Origin: an uncultured Methanomicrobiales archaeon
GTDB taxonomy: Archaea > Halobacteriota > Methanomicrobia > Methanomicrobiales > Methanospirillaceae
NCBI GenBank assembly: GCA_963697895.1
Contig: OY969100.1
Span: 352,001 to 416,000 of the forward strand
Length of the DNA stretch: 64,000 nucleotides
Reading direction: 5' to 3'
A program made the position numbers and the translations under genes. The stretch's first letter is position 1; each line of letters opens with the position of its first letter. Below, in pieces: positions 9,708 to 20,317 of this stretch. The notes below the pieces were generated by a model. The model saw only the letters and a program-made list of their open reading frames with translations. It was not told the origin of the DNA and made no database searches.

Positions 9708-12376
9708 CGAACGGGTGCAGGCATGTATCAGGAAACGGGGATTTATCGAACTCTCTGAGATTCAGGACCAGGCAATTCCCCGCGTACTTGCCGGTGATCA
9801 CCTTCTCCTGATCGCGCCGACCGGCACGGGTAAGACCGAGAGTGCTATGCTGCCTGTCTTTAACGGAATGCTTTCACTACCGGCGGGCGGGTTCCGGGCG
9901 ATCTACATCACACCCCTGCGATCCCTGAACCGGGATATGCTTCAGCGGCTGGAATGGTGGTGTCGTGAACTCGGGTTTTCGGTCGGTGTGCGGCACGGGG
10001 ATACCCCGCTCTCCGAACGGCGCAGACAAGCCTTGAATCCCCCGGATCTGCTCATCACTACCCCGGAAACCCTCCAGGCAATCTTTATGGGAAAAGTGCT
10101 CCGGCGTCACCTGCAGCATGTCCGGTACATCATTGTCGATGAGATTCATGAACTGGCCGGAAGCAAACGGGGCGCTCAACTGGCAGTCGGTCTGGAACGA
10201 CTGATCCCTTATGCGGGGGAGTTCCAACGTATCGGACTATCCGCAACGGTTGGGAACCCCGAGGATGTTGGCCGATTTCTCTGTGGAGCGCGGCCATTCC
10301 GGATCGTCCAGGTCCCTGTTGCCAAACATCTCGATATATCGGTCACATATCAGGGGGATTCGTTTGAACGTGAGGCGGCCTGGGTCGGGGATTCGATAGA
10401 CAGGCACGGGTCCACACTGGTCTTTGTAAATACCCGGGTGACGGCCGAGGCGCTCGGGCATCAGCTTTTCTCCCGCGGGGATGTGGAAGTACACCATGGC
10501 TCGCTCTCGAAAGAAGTACGAATAGATGCGGAGGAACGGTTCAAATCAGGGAAAATTCATGCCCTGATCTGTACTTCATCGATGGAACTCGGGATCGATA
10601 TCGGTCATATAGAGCATGTGATCCAGTTTGGCTCCCCGCGTGAAGTCGCCCGCCTCGTCCAGCGGGTAGGAAGGGCGGGACATCAGACTTCACACGGTTT
10701 CGCGGGGGACCATCCTTGCGACCGGATTTTCCGATCTCCTCGAGTCGCTTGTGATCGCACGCAAAGCAAAGGAAAACGAGGTCGAACCAGTCCTGTTGCA
10801 CATTAATGCCGCGGATGTGATGGCAAACCAGGTTGCGGCGATGGCGGTGGAATATGGCGAGATTGAAAAGACCCGGGTTCTCGCGTGCCTTGAGCGGACC
10901 GCTCTTTTTCCCGTGTGTGCACCGCTCCTGGACCAGGTCTGTTCCCAGATGGCGGAGCACCGGCTTATTCGCATTGAGGGATCGCGAATCATAACCACTG
11001 CCCGCGCCCGGAGATATCTCTCCCTGAATCTTTCCATGATCCACGATGAGCGAAAAGTCCCGGTATTCGATATGGTCTCACGCCGCACGGTCGGAACGCT
11101 CGACGAATCGTTTGTTGTCGGATGGATTCATACCGGCGCGATCTTTATAACAAAAGGGCAGCTCTGGCGGGTCCTCGACATGGAAAACGGGCAGATCACC
11201 GTCGAACCGGCAAAACGCGCTAAAGGAGAACTCCCGTCCTGGGAAGGAGAGCAGATCCCGGTCCCCTATAGTGTCGCGGAGGAGGTCGGGGAGTTCAGGA
11301 GAACTCGGGCGGTTAAGAACTACACCCGGGAAGAGAATTCCATATCATTTGCTCTCCGTTATCTGGAAGAAATGGATAAGAATCGCTCTGCCGTGCCTGA
11401 CGATACCTGCATCGTCCTCGAAAATGCACCAGAAGGTGTTATCGTCAATGTATGCGCCGGCCATAAAGCAAATGAGGCCCTTGCACGGGTGCTCTCCATC
11501 CTGATCTCTGCTCGCTATGGCACTACCGTGGGGATCGAAGTGGATGCCTATCGTATTTATCTGAGGCTCCCCGCCGATATCCGGGCAGCGGATGTCAGGG
11601 ACCACCTGGTCGACCTGAACCCCGATCACCTGCAGGGAATTCTTCAGCTTGCAATGAAGAGAACTGCGCTTTTCAAATGGAAACTGGTACAGATCGCCAA
11701 AAAATTCGGGGCGATCGATGCCGATGCCGACTATGAGCGGATCAGTATCCACCGGCTGACAGAACTCTTCGATAATACGGTTGTGCAGAGAGAGGCCTAT
11801 CGCGAACTCTTTTCCGTGTACATGGACGTCGAAACGGCCGGGCGGGTTGTTCGGCGGATCCGGGAAGGGTACATTCGGGTGATGACCGGACCGGTGAGCA
11901 TACTCGGTGCTGAAGGCCTCTTCTCGTCCCGCGATCAGATGCAACCTCCATCTGTTGATCAGGCAGTGATCAGCACGCTGAAACGGAGACTCGAAGAGCA
12001 GAACGTCATTCTGGCATGCATGAACTGCAGACAGTGGAAGAGCAGGACGGTCGTATCGCGGGTGCCGGAGAGGCCGATATGCCCGAAATGTGGTGCCCGC
12101 CTGATCGCCGTTCTCAAACCATGGGAAGAGGATCTCTATGCCCAGGCAAATAAGAAAAAAAAGACAGAAGAAGAGCGAAATATCGAGATACGCCTGATCA
12201 GGAATGCCAATATCGTCCTATCGAGTGGCAGGAAAGCGGCTGTTGCACTCGCGGGGAAAGGGGTAGGGCCCGATAATGCATCACGGATCCTGGCCACCCT
12301 CGCCACCGGAGACACCTTTTACCGCGAGATTCTGAAGGCAGAGCGGAACTATATCCGCACCCATCGGTTCTGGTGA
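9685..12376 (+). CDS. lhr: Lhr-family DEAD/DEAH helicase (apparent +1 frameshift at ~10684)
   Basis: GTG 9685; APTGTGKT, TTPETL, DEIH, SAT, HHGSLS, QRVGRAGH. The second part (ORF 10751-12376) has PSWEGE and a C-terminal CMNC/CPKC Zn ribbon. Deleting C10684 gives GRAGHRLHTVSRGTIL. Confidence 0.92.
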
Positions 12377-12448
12377 GGATTCCCATAGGATTTTTCAAAT
12401 CCGCGGAACCAAAATAATTAAGGTGATTTTGCCATATACTGAGTCAAT

Positions 12449-12637
12449 ATGTCGAAATGTGCCTGTCATCCGGATAAGGAAGGAACGGGCACCTGTGCCG
12501 TCTGCCAGAAAACCTATTGCGAAAACTGCAGAGGAAGCAGATTCGGCATCTGCAATCGTTGCGGATTTAAAATCATGATCATCCTCCTAATCGTCATGGT
12601 GGTACTCTCGTACACCGTCTGGTTCGGAATTTTGTAG
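12449..12637 (+). CDS. Small B-box-like zinc-finger membrane protein
   Basis: CxxH-x7-CxxC-x4-CxxC-x7-CxxC-like pattern (CACHPDKEGTGTCAVCQKTYCENC..CNRC) followed by one hydrophobic helix. AT-rich TATA-like element ~25-30 nt upstream. Confidence 0.7.
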   Translation: MSKCACHPDKEGTGTCAVCQKTYCENCRGSRFGICNRCGFKIMIILLIVMVVLSYTVWFGIL

Positions 12638-12861
12638 GATGAAGTTCGGTTATTTCCCTATGGGCATGGAAAGTAAACCTATATCAGCAATGGGAAACCG
12701 GAGAACAAGATCAGTAAACCGATCCGCAGATCCAAGGCACGATCTGGATGAATGAAGTCTGTGATCTCCCCGCTGTAGTCCGTTTATTGCACGTTCGGAA
12801 GAAGCAAAAGAGACATCTTCATCAAATTGTCTCACAAGTACGGATACCCTGCTTGAATTGA

Positions 12862-13213
12862 ACGGCCTTTCCACTGAGGCGAGAGGCGAAGATCGGAAAG
12901 ATCCTTATTTTGATCTCGATCGTTCTCTTTGTTTCATCGGAATCGTCATTATCGTGGCTGTATCCCTTTTCCTGAATGCCATTGCTGCAGCACCTTATTT
13001 TGTTCTTCTTATTCTCGCGAGATCGTAGCGATCCTGAAGGGAGCGGGCCTCTTTGTCGGAATATTTGCCTTAAAAGCAAGCGATGAAAAAATATTATCGA
13101 AAGCGGGAGTCCTTGCGGTGATCTCGAGCATCCTTCCCCCTCTGGACATCATCATGTTTATTGGGGGAATACTCTGCATCGCAAGCCCGGAAGCGCAACA
13201 GAAAAGGGAGTGA
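12862..13213 (+). pseudogene. Degraded small multi-pass membrane protein gene
   Basis: Hydrophobic segments continue across three frames: RREAKIGKILILISIVL / FIGIVIIVAVSLFLNAIAAAPYFVLLILA / EIVAILKGAGLFVGIFALK...PPLDIIMFIGGILCIASPE. ACG sits where a start codon would be expected. Confidence 0.5.
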
Positions 13214-13405
13214 GAAACGGTCCGGAGACCAAAGGGAGTCTGAGTTATTGCATCGAGTCTGAGTCCCGTGTTGCCTCGGTGAAGATTCGATGGAAGGAAC
13301 TAGCTTTCTCTATTATATATTTATTTTAATAACAGAGCAAGTGGAAACATATTTTAAAACCAATGCTCAAGATCAGCAGAAGGATTTAATTATAACGGAG
13401 GGTGT

Positions 13406-15367
13406 GTGACCGGCATTTATGATCGGGCATTCAGGCAATCGATCGATAATCCTGAATCATTCTGGGAAGCGGCCGCAGATGACATTGTCTGGGACCGGCG
13501 ATGGGATCGGGTTCTTGATGATTCCCATCCTCCTTTCACCCGATGGTTTCCCGGCGGGAAGCTAAATACCTGTTTTAATGCCCTCGATCACCAGGTCGAA
13601 TCCGGGCGAGGGTCGCAGCCCGCCCTGATATACGATAGCCCCGTGACTTCCACAATCCGAACATACAGTTTCAGGGAACTTCGCGAGATTGTTTCGAAGG
13701 TTGCGGGGGGGCTCACCAGAGAAGGGGTCGGGAAAGGTGATCGGGTCGTCATTTACATGCCCATGGTACCAGAATCGGTTATCGCGATGCTGGCCTGCGC
13801 CCGGATCGGTGCCATTCACTCGGTGGTCTTCGGTGGGTTTGCCCCCCGGGAACTGGCAACGCGGATCGACGATGCCCGACCGAAGATGGTGATCTCAGCA
13901 TCCTGTGGGATCGAGGTAAACCGGCTTATCTCCTATAAACCTCTCCTAGACACAGCAATCGCCATGTCATCGTACCCACCGGTATCCTGCGCAATTCTCC
14001 AACGGCCGGAGTTGAAAGCACCACTCGATCCGGGCCGGGATATTCCATGGACTACGCTGCTAGAGGGAGATCCGGTCGATTGCACGTCAGTGGATTCGAC
14101 CGATCCGCTCTATATTCTCTATACCTCCGGGACCACCGGTATTCCCAAAGGTGTCGTCCGGGACAATGGCGGCCACCTGGTTGCGCTCCGGTGGAGTATG
14201 GAGAACATTTACGGAGTGAAACCCGGAGAGGTTTTCTGGGCAGCATCCGATGTCGGATGGGTTGTCGGACATTCATACATTGTATATGCGCCGCTCATTT
14301 CAGGTTGTACCACTGTTCTCTACGAGGGCAAGTCGGTCGGGACCCCGGATCCCGGTGCGTTCTGGCGGGTGATAGAGGCACATGGTGTTTCCGTACTCTT
14401 CACTGCTCCAACGGCGTTTCGTGCTATCAAGCGGGAAGATCCTGATGGAACCTATATATCCCGCTATAATATGTCGGGATTCCGATCTCTTTTCCTGGCC
14501 GGAGAGCGGTGTGATTCCGACACGCTGAAATGGGCGGAAGAACGTCTGCATGTCCCCGTGATCGATCACTGGTGGCAGACAGAGACGGGTTGGGCGATCG
14601 GAGCGAACCCGATTGGCCTGCAGCACTTTCCTGTAAAACCCGGGTCGTGTACTAAACCGGTCCCCGGATATGACGTTCGGGTCCTCGATGAAGCAGGTCA
14701 TGAGATCGGACCCGGGAAGACGGGAAATCTCGTCATCAGGCTACCGCTCCCTCCCGGATGCCTGACAACACTCTGGAATAATGAAAAAGATTTCATAAAA
14801 ACCTATTTCCATGAATATCCCGGCTTTTACGAGACTTCCGATGCGGGTTTTATCGATACGGAGGGGTATCTCTGGATCATGGGCCGCACCGACGATATCA
14901 TCAACGTTGCGGGCCACCGCCTTTCCACGGGATCAATGGAAGAAGTGCTTTCTCTGCATCCGGATGTGGCGGAGTGCGCGGTTACCGGTGTTGCAGATCC
15001 CGTGAAGGGTGAGATACCACTTGGGTTTATCGTTTTAAAGGCAGGTGTTAATAGATCGCACGCGGATATCGTCGCAGAGACGATCCAGATGGTAAGGGAA
15101 CGAATCGGGCCGATCGCTTCTTTTAAAGTGGCTGTTGTGGTAAGACGGCTTCCCAAGACACGGTCAGGGAAGATTCTCCGCGGAACGATGAAAAAGATCG
15201 CAGACGGAGAGCCCTACAAGGTACCGGCAACGATCGATGATCCTGCAAGCCTCGACGAGATAGCGGAAAGTCTTGCAACGCTCGGATATCCCCGAAAACG
15301 AGGGAACGTTAAAAATAAAGGTTCGGTCCGGTTAACTCAAAAAAAAAATAGTCAAATGAATGCTTAA
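13406..15367 (+). CDS. prpE: Propionyl-CoA synthetase-like acyl-CoA synthetase (PrpE/ACSS3 type)
   Basis: YTSGTTGIPKG, SDVGWVVGHSY, GTPDPGAFWRVI, LFLAGERCD, DHWWQTETGW, PKTRSGK. GTG start after GGAGG. Confidence 0.82.
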   Translation: MTGIYDRAFRQSIDNPESFWEAAADDIVWDRRWDRVLDDSHPPFTRWFPGGKLNTCFNALDHQVESGRGSQPALIYDSPVTSTIRTYSFRELREIVSKVAGGLTREGVGKGDRVVIYMPMVPESVIAMLACARIGAIHSVVFGGFAPRELATRIDDARPKMVISASCGIEVNRLISYKPLLDTAIAMSSYPPVSCAILQRPELKAPLDPGRDIPWTTLLEGDPVDCTSVDSTDPLYILYTSGTTGIPKGVVRDNGGHLVALRWSMENIYGVKPGEVFWAASDVGWVVGHSYIVYAPLISGCTTVLYEGKSVGTPDPGAFWRVIEAHGVSVLFTAPTAFRAIKREDPDGTYISRYNMSGFRSLFLAGERCDSDTLKWAEERLHVPVIDHWWQTETGWAIGANPIGLQHFPVKPGSCTKPVPGYDVRVLDEAGHEIGPGKTGNLVIRLPLPPGCLTTLWNNEKDFIKTYFHEYPGFYETSDAGFIDTEGYLWIMGRTDDIINVAGHRLSTGSMEEVLSLHPDVAECAVTGVADPVKGEIPLGFIVLKAGVNRSHADIVAETIQMVRERIGPIASFKVAVVVRRLPKTRSGKILRGTMKKIADGEPYKVPATIDDPASLDEIAESLATLGYPRKRGNVKNKGSVRLTQKKNSQMNA

Positions 15368-15519
15368 TTTGAATATTACCCAACAGGAAACACCGAATGG
15401 GCACCTGGTCAGTTCTCTCACCGATGATCGGATGGGAGAACCCTTTTAAGCACCCGAAGGATTGTCTCTTACAGATTTTATTCCGGTGTGCTTTAATTAA
15501 TCAAAATTGTTTTCGTGAA

Positions 15520-15909
15520 TTATTCAGTCATCGGAAGATACAGGTTGAGATGGGTGATAACCCAGGTGTGACCCGTGCCCCTGAGAATGAGTGTCAATTT
15601 TCCGGGCGTGTGTTTCACATCACCTATATAGCCATAGGATATCGTGAACATCCCCGTCACCCATGCGATCGTCCCCTCGGCCCTTACATCCATTTCGGAA
15701 AGGTCCGACGGCAGATCACGTCCACTTTCCTTCAGCCAGCGCGCAAAACTGTCCCGGTTCAGGACCCTGTCCGATCTCCCGCTGACAAACCCGCTGAAAT
15801 CTTCCGCTATCAGATCCATTCCCTGTACGATATCTCCCCGAGAGGCAGAAACAAGCAATCGGTCGACGATATCGATCACCTGGATCCGGGTCTGTTGACT
15901 AACTTTCAT
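15520..15909 (-). CDS. NTF2/SnoaL-like fold protein
   Basis: 129 aa with GTIAWV..., TLILRGTGHTWVITHLN, typical of the SnoaL_3/DUF4440 C-terminus. Confidence 0.65.
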   Translation of the reverse strand: MKVSQQTRIQVIDIVDRLLVSASRGDIVQGMDLIAEDFSGFVSGRSDRVLNRDSFARWLKESGRDLPSDLSEMDVRAEGTIAWVTGMFTISYGYIGDVKHTPGKLTLILRGTGHTWVITHLNLYLPMTE

Positions 15910-16115
15910 AAATTACTGTAATATTATTCAAAAATGCATGTATAATGGTTCGGTTAAGAGGTTATCACCCGGTATTCTAACTTATTAAGAAGCCTTTCAT
16001 CCCTTGAGCAGATGGGTCTCTCCGTTCAGTCATGGAGAAAAGGCTTTCAATTCGTATATTCCAACATTGTCTGTAGTGCCGGCGGTCTGGAGGACCAAAT
16101 AGCAGGAGACTTCGC

Positions 16116-16388
16116 ATGTTCAGGCCCGATTTCATTCACACAAACGAAGAATGGGTCATATGGCTTCTCGGTGAAGAATTCCCCTCACATGCGTCTCCCC
16201 AGCAACTCATCGAACGGACACGATTATTGGCGGAACAGGTCGATGAGGCGGTAAGGAACCTGGAGCGGATTAAGGCGGTGAAAGTCGTGCGGATTCCAGG
16301 GCGTTTCCCCCTGGAAAATGTTCAGACGGTTGGCTTGCAGAAAGCCGGCTATTCAATGTTCGATGAACTCAAACGCCTGAGCAAATGA
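16116..16388 (+). CDS. Small hypothetical protein, possible winged helix-turn-helix
   Basis: AGGAG upstream; pattern EEWVIWLL..SPQQLIERTRL..EQVDEAVRNLE..V..V..GLQKAG resembles a MarR-like wHTH. Confidence 0.5.
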   Translation: MFRPDFIHTNEEWVIWLLGEEFPSHASPQQLIERTRLLAEQVDEAVRNLERIKAVKVVRIPGRFPLENVQTVGLQKAGYSMFDELKRLSK

Positions 16389-16542
16389 CAGATACCGTCA
16401 TTTTATCTTCCTGGTCGTATGGATTATCAGACTCAATTCTGCTATCTTAGTGGCTGAATGGATATCATCACCCGTTTAATGCGTGAATCCACAGAATAAC
16501 GCGCGAATGATATTTGTAATGAAGAGGGAAAAAAAGAGAATT

Positions 16543-16971
16543 TCATTCGATGGTGATTCCCTTCATCGGTTCAATAACCGTCTTTTTGAGATGTACTTCA
16601 AGGACATTGTTCTTAAAACTTGCCCGTGCTCCTTCCTCGGTGACGTCGGTGGGAAGCGGTACTATCCTTCTCATTGTACCAAAACTTCGTTCGCTGACAT
16701 AATACCCCTCTTTTTTTTCTTCCCTCACATTTTTCCGCTCGAATGATATCTCGAGGGCACGCGGGTTAAGCAGATCCATGCGAATATCTTTCTTTTCCAC
16801 TCCCGGAATAATATCGGCCGTTACGGTCACTTCATCGCCGTGTTCCAGTACATCCACCCGGAACTCACCTCTCGTCGATGGAAGCATCGTTTCTGTCTGA
16901 CCAGCGGGAAGAAGAGCCCACCTGTTCATATCGGACATCTGCTGGAACATATCATCCATGTAAGCCCTCAT
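16543..16971 (-). CDS. Hsp20/alpha-crystallin small heat-shock protein
   Basis: VDVLEHGDEVTVTADIIPGV.K, ERSFG.MRR.VPLP, ASFKNNVLEVHL. True start may be GTG 17020 with a one-base insertion (see findings). Confidence 0.93.
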   Translation of the reverse strand: MRAYMDDMFQQMSDMNRWALLPAGQTETMLPSTRGEFRVDVLEHGDEVTVTADIIPGVEKKDIRMDLLNPRALEISFERKNVREEKKEGYYVSERSFGTMRRIVPLPTDVTEEGARASFKNNVLEVHLKKTVIEPMKGITIE

Positions 16972-17144
16972 TTCATCCAGTTCGTCAAATAACGATCTCC
17001 GGTACCTTCTGTATACGCACTGTCCAATCCTCCTGTTCGATCTTCCCGATGAATTTTCAGACCTCGGGCAATCGAAGGATGGAATATAATGTATATATAG
17101 TTTTTTCCAAATCCGGGTTCGCCGTTTACGAGAAGATCACACAT

Positions 17145-18584
17145 TCATCGGCTCTTACCGCGTGCGAGCGATGCAAAAATCCCGAATATGCAGAGGATGG
17201 TAAAGAGGGTGAATGCATATCGAAGACTCAGTATGAAGGATGAATAATAAGCGGGGGTGATCTCAACCCTCCCGATCACGATCGAGAAGATCATAATCGC
17301 GATTCCCATCGAAAGCATCTGCCCGAGCAACCGCATCGTCCCGTTAATCCCGGAAGCAACACCGTAATATTTCCGATCGACTGCACTCATGACTGCATTG
17401 GTATTCGGAGAGGTGAACAGTCCCGCCCCCATACCGAGGATCACCAGACTGATCATGATATACCAGACCGGGGTGGCCTTGGAAAGAAAGATAAGAAATC
17501 CAAGTCCGAAAACGGTGAATCCCATGCCTGTCGATGCGACGATCCGTGGATCGACCCTGTCCGACAAGCGACCGGAGAACGGGGAGACAAGCATCTGGAC
17601 CACTGCCTGAGTGACAAGGATCGTTCCGGCGATTTCTGGCGAAAAGGATTGCGTGAACTGGAGGTAGAGACTCAGCAGAAAAGTCACTGCGAAGGTGGCG
17701 CTGTAGTTGATGAGGGCCGCAATGTTTGAATAAAGAAATAACCTGCTTTTCGTGAAGAGTTTCATGTCCAGGACAGGGGAAGGGATTCGCATCTCAAACC
17801 ACATAAAGAACCCCAGGGAAACCAAGCCGAGGAGGATAAGGGTTCCTCCCGCTATGGTGGGGAGTACAGAGAAACCGCACATGATGGCAACCAGGGAGAC
17901 TCCGTAAAAAACGGAACCCGCGAGATCAAACCGTTCACCACGGCATTCTGCCCAGTCACCCTTGAGTCTCCAGAGTACGAGAAAAATTGCCAGGATCCCT
18001 ATCGGAATATTCACGAGGAAAATGCTCCGCCAACCAAGATACTCGGTCATCACCCCGCCGAGGAACGGGCCGAGCGACAGGCCGAGGTATACTGCAGTAA
18101 TATATATTCCCAGAGCACCCCCGCGTTCTTTCGGGGGAAAGACCGAGGTAAGGATTGCTACGGCTGTCCCGAAGATCATGGCGGCTCCGGTCCCCTGCAC
18201 GATACGTATAGCGATCATGACCTCCGCGGATGGGACCATCGTCATCAGAAAGGATGCGACAGTGAATATACCAAGACCGATAAGAAATACCCGTTTCCTC
18301 CCGTATATATCCGCAATTTTTCCAAATGGAACGATGAAGACCGCCGATGCGAGAAGATACGCGGTGGAAACCCATGAGAGGGCGACGGCGTTCATATGGA
18401 ACTCCATGCTGATCACCGGGAGCGATATGTTAACGGCAGATCCGTCAAACGGTGTGATGAAACCGGCGAGAATGGCGATAAGAAGGACAATTCTCTTCTC
18501 TGTCTTTGTCGGGACAGCGGTTGGATACCGGCAGATCTCGGATTCTTTGGCAGGCACCGGATATTTCGTCATCTGAACGTTCAA
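17145..18584 (-). CDS. MFS drug/H+ antiporter (DHA2, 14 TM)
   Basis: GKIADIYGRKRVF motif A, RIVQGTG, GPFLGG, GRLSDRV. Confidence 0.92.
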   Translation of the reverse strand: MNVQMTKYPVPAKESEICRYPTAVPTKTEKRIVLLIAILAGFITPFDGSAVNISLPVISMEFHMNAVALSWVSTAYLLASAVFIVPFGKIADIYGRKRVFLIGLGIFTVASFLMTMVPSAEVMIAIRIVQGTGAAMIFGTAVAILTSVFPPKERGGALGIYITAVYLGLSLGPFLGGVMTEYLGWRSIFLVNIPIGILAIFLVLWRLKGDWAECRGERFDLAGSVFYGVSLVAIMCGFSVLPTIAGGTLILLGLVSLGFFMWFEMRIPSPVLDMKLFTKSRLFLYSNIAALINYSATFAVTFLLSLYLQFTQSFSPEIAGTILVTQAVVQMLVSPFSGRLSDRVDPRIVASTGMGFTVFGLGFLIFLSKATPVWYIMISLVILGMGAGLFTSPNTNAVMSAVDRKYYGVASGINGTMRLLGQMLSMGIAIMIFSIVIGRVEITPAYYSSFILSLRYAFTLFTILCIFGIFASLARGKSR

Positions 18585-18934
18585 CCCTGAAAGATCTGAA
18601 AAATCTTCTATGCGTATGATCTGCGTATATTCCCCTCTAATATATTCCGATATCCTTTTTCCATCAAAAAGGACGACAGGATGTATGAATCAGGATCATT
18701 CTCCCAGAAGATTACCTGCAGTGAAATTTCAGGTTTTTCGCCCATCCAGAAGTAAGGATTTTTATCACGTTCTTCCAGCAGGCTGGATCGTTTTTGTAAT
18801 CGAACCGAACGGTTGCATCGGCATCATCAGACCCCTGAAAATGACGCATTCTTTTTTACCGGTTTGATACCATTATACTACCACCTGCACGGGAAAATCC
18901 CGAGGAGTGAGCTTTCTTCGCAGGAGAAGATCTC

Positions 18935-20026
18935 ATGAGACAGAGCCGGATTATCCTTCATATCGATATGGACAGTTTTTACGCATCAGTAGAGATACGG
19001 GAGCACCCTGAATTGTCAGGGCTTCCGGTTGTTGTTGGTGCAGACCCGAAAGAAGGAAAAGGGCGTGGGGTTGTAGTGACCGCCTCGTATGAAGCACGGC
19101 GTTTCGGGATACATTCAGCGATGCCGATATCGCGTGCATGGCGGCTTTGTTCTCACGCGGTCTATATCCACCCTCATTTTCCTCTGTATGCAGAAGTATC
19201 GGGGGAGATCATGGAGATCCTCTCACAGTATACCGACCGTTTCGAACAGGTCAGCATCGATGAAGCGTTCCTCGATATTTCGACATCCGGGAACTATCCT
19301 GCCGCAGAAAACCTTGCCGGCCGGATTAAAGACGAGATCCGCGAGAAGGAGAGGCTGACCTGTTCGATCGGTATCGGTCCGAATAAGCTTATCGCCAAGA
19401 TTGCCTCTGATTATACAAAACCAGATGGTTTAACCGTTGTAGATCCGGCTCATGTTCGGGCGTTCCTCACGCCTCTTCCCGTGGAAAAGATTCCGGGTAT
19501 CGGCAGAAAGACCGCTGCGGAACTTCACCGCATGGGGATAACGACGATTGGGGCGCTTGAACGTCACGATGTGCAGGCAATGATATCACGTTTCGGCCGG
19601 GGAGGGGTCATCCTGCAGGCTATGGCGCGGGGAGAGGACGAACAAGAGGTTGGTTCAAGGGAAGGGGTACGATCGATCAGCCGGGAACACACCTTCGAAA
19701 AGGATACCAACGTTTTTAGTGAAATTACTGGTACCCTGGATGCCCTTGCGGAGGATCTACATGCGACACTTCGGGAAGAAGAGCTCCTGTTTCGGACGGT
19801 TACGGTGAAGGTTCGATATGAGGGCTTTATAACGCGCACGAAATCGCGCTCCCTCGAACACCCTGCGGTAGACCTCACACCAATCCGTTCACTTGCCCAT
19901 GCTCTCCTTTTCGAATTTCCCCAGGAAAAAAAGATCCGGCTCATTGGACTCCGTTTATCCGGTCTGACCCGGAAGGAATCGGATCAGAAGACTATTTCGG
20001 AATTTTCCACCCCAATTACCGAATGA
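18935..20026 (+). CDS. dinB: DNA polymerase IV (Y family)
   Basis: HIDMDSFYASVE, SYEARRFG, SIDEAFLD, AKIASD..KPDG, IPGIG, IRLIGL. Confidence 0.96.
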   Translation: MRQSRIILHIDMDSFYASVEIREHPELSGLPVVVGADPKEGKGRGVVVTASYEARRFGIHSAMPISRAWRLCSHAVYIHPHFPLYAEVSGEIMEILSQYTDRFEQVSIDEAFLDISTSGNYPAAENLAGRIKDEIREKERLTCSIGIGPNKLIAKIASDYTKPDGLTVVDPAHVRAFLTPLPVEKIPGIGRKTAAELHRMGITTIGALERHDVQAMISRFGRGGVILQAMARGEDEQEVGSREGVRSISREHTFEKDTNVFSEITGTLDALAEDLHATLREEELLFRTVTVKVRYEGFITRTKSRSLEHPAVDLTPIRSLAHALLFEFPQEKKIRLIGLRLSGLTRKESDQKTISEFSTPITE

Positions 20027-20317
20027 ATTATATTCGGCTGTAAAAGCAAAATGAGCTTGAAAAAAGGTCAACCAACAACGATCCAACTCTATACGATCAT
20101 TGCGGTCTTATAGGTTACCTCATCTTATTTCAAGGGATATTCCGAATCGAAATCAGATCGCGGGAAAAAGAGGAAGAGACCTGAGTGTCGCCATCCCGTA
20201 ATTGAAATATGCAAGGAGACCCAATGGCTATTGCCTATCCCATCATAGCGGGACCGTTCATATCGCATGCGTGTATTCTGGAACGGAAGAAATGGAATCG
20301 TTTAATGTGGTATACCC

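Noticed and set aside
13236-13264. Direct repeat GAGTCTGAGT x2 upstream of prpE
   Set aside because: Short two-copy repeat far from the likely TATA box; may be chance.
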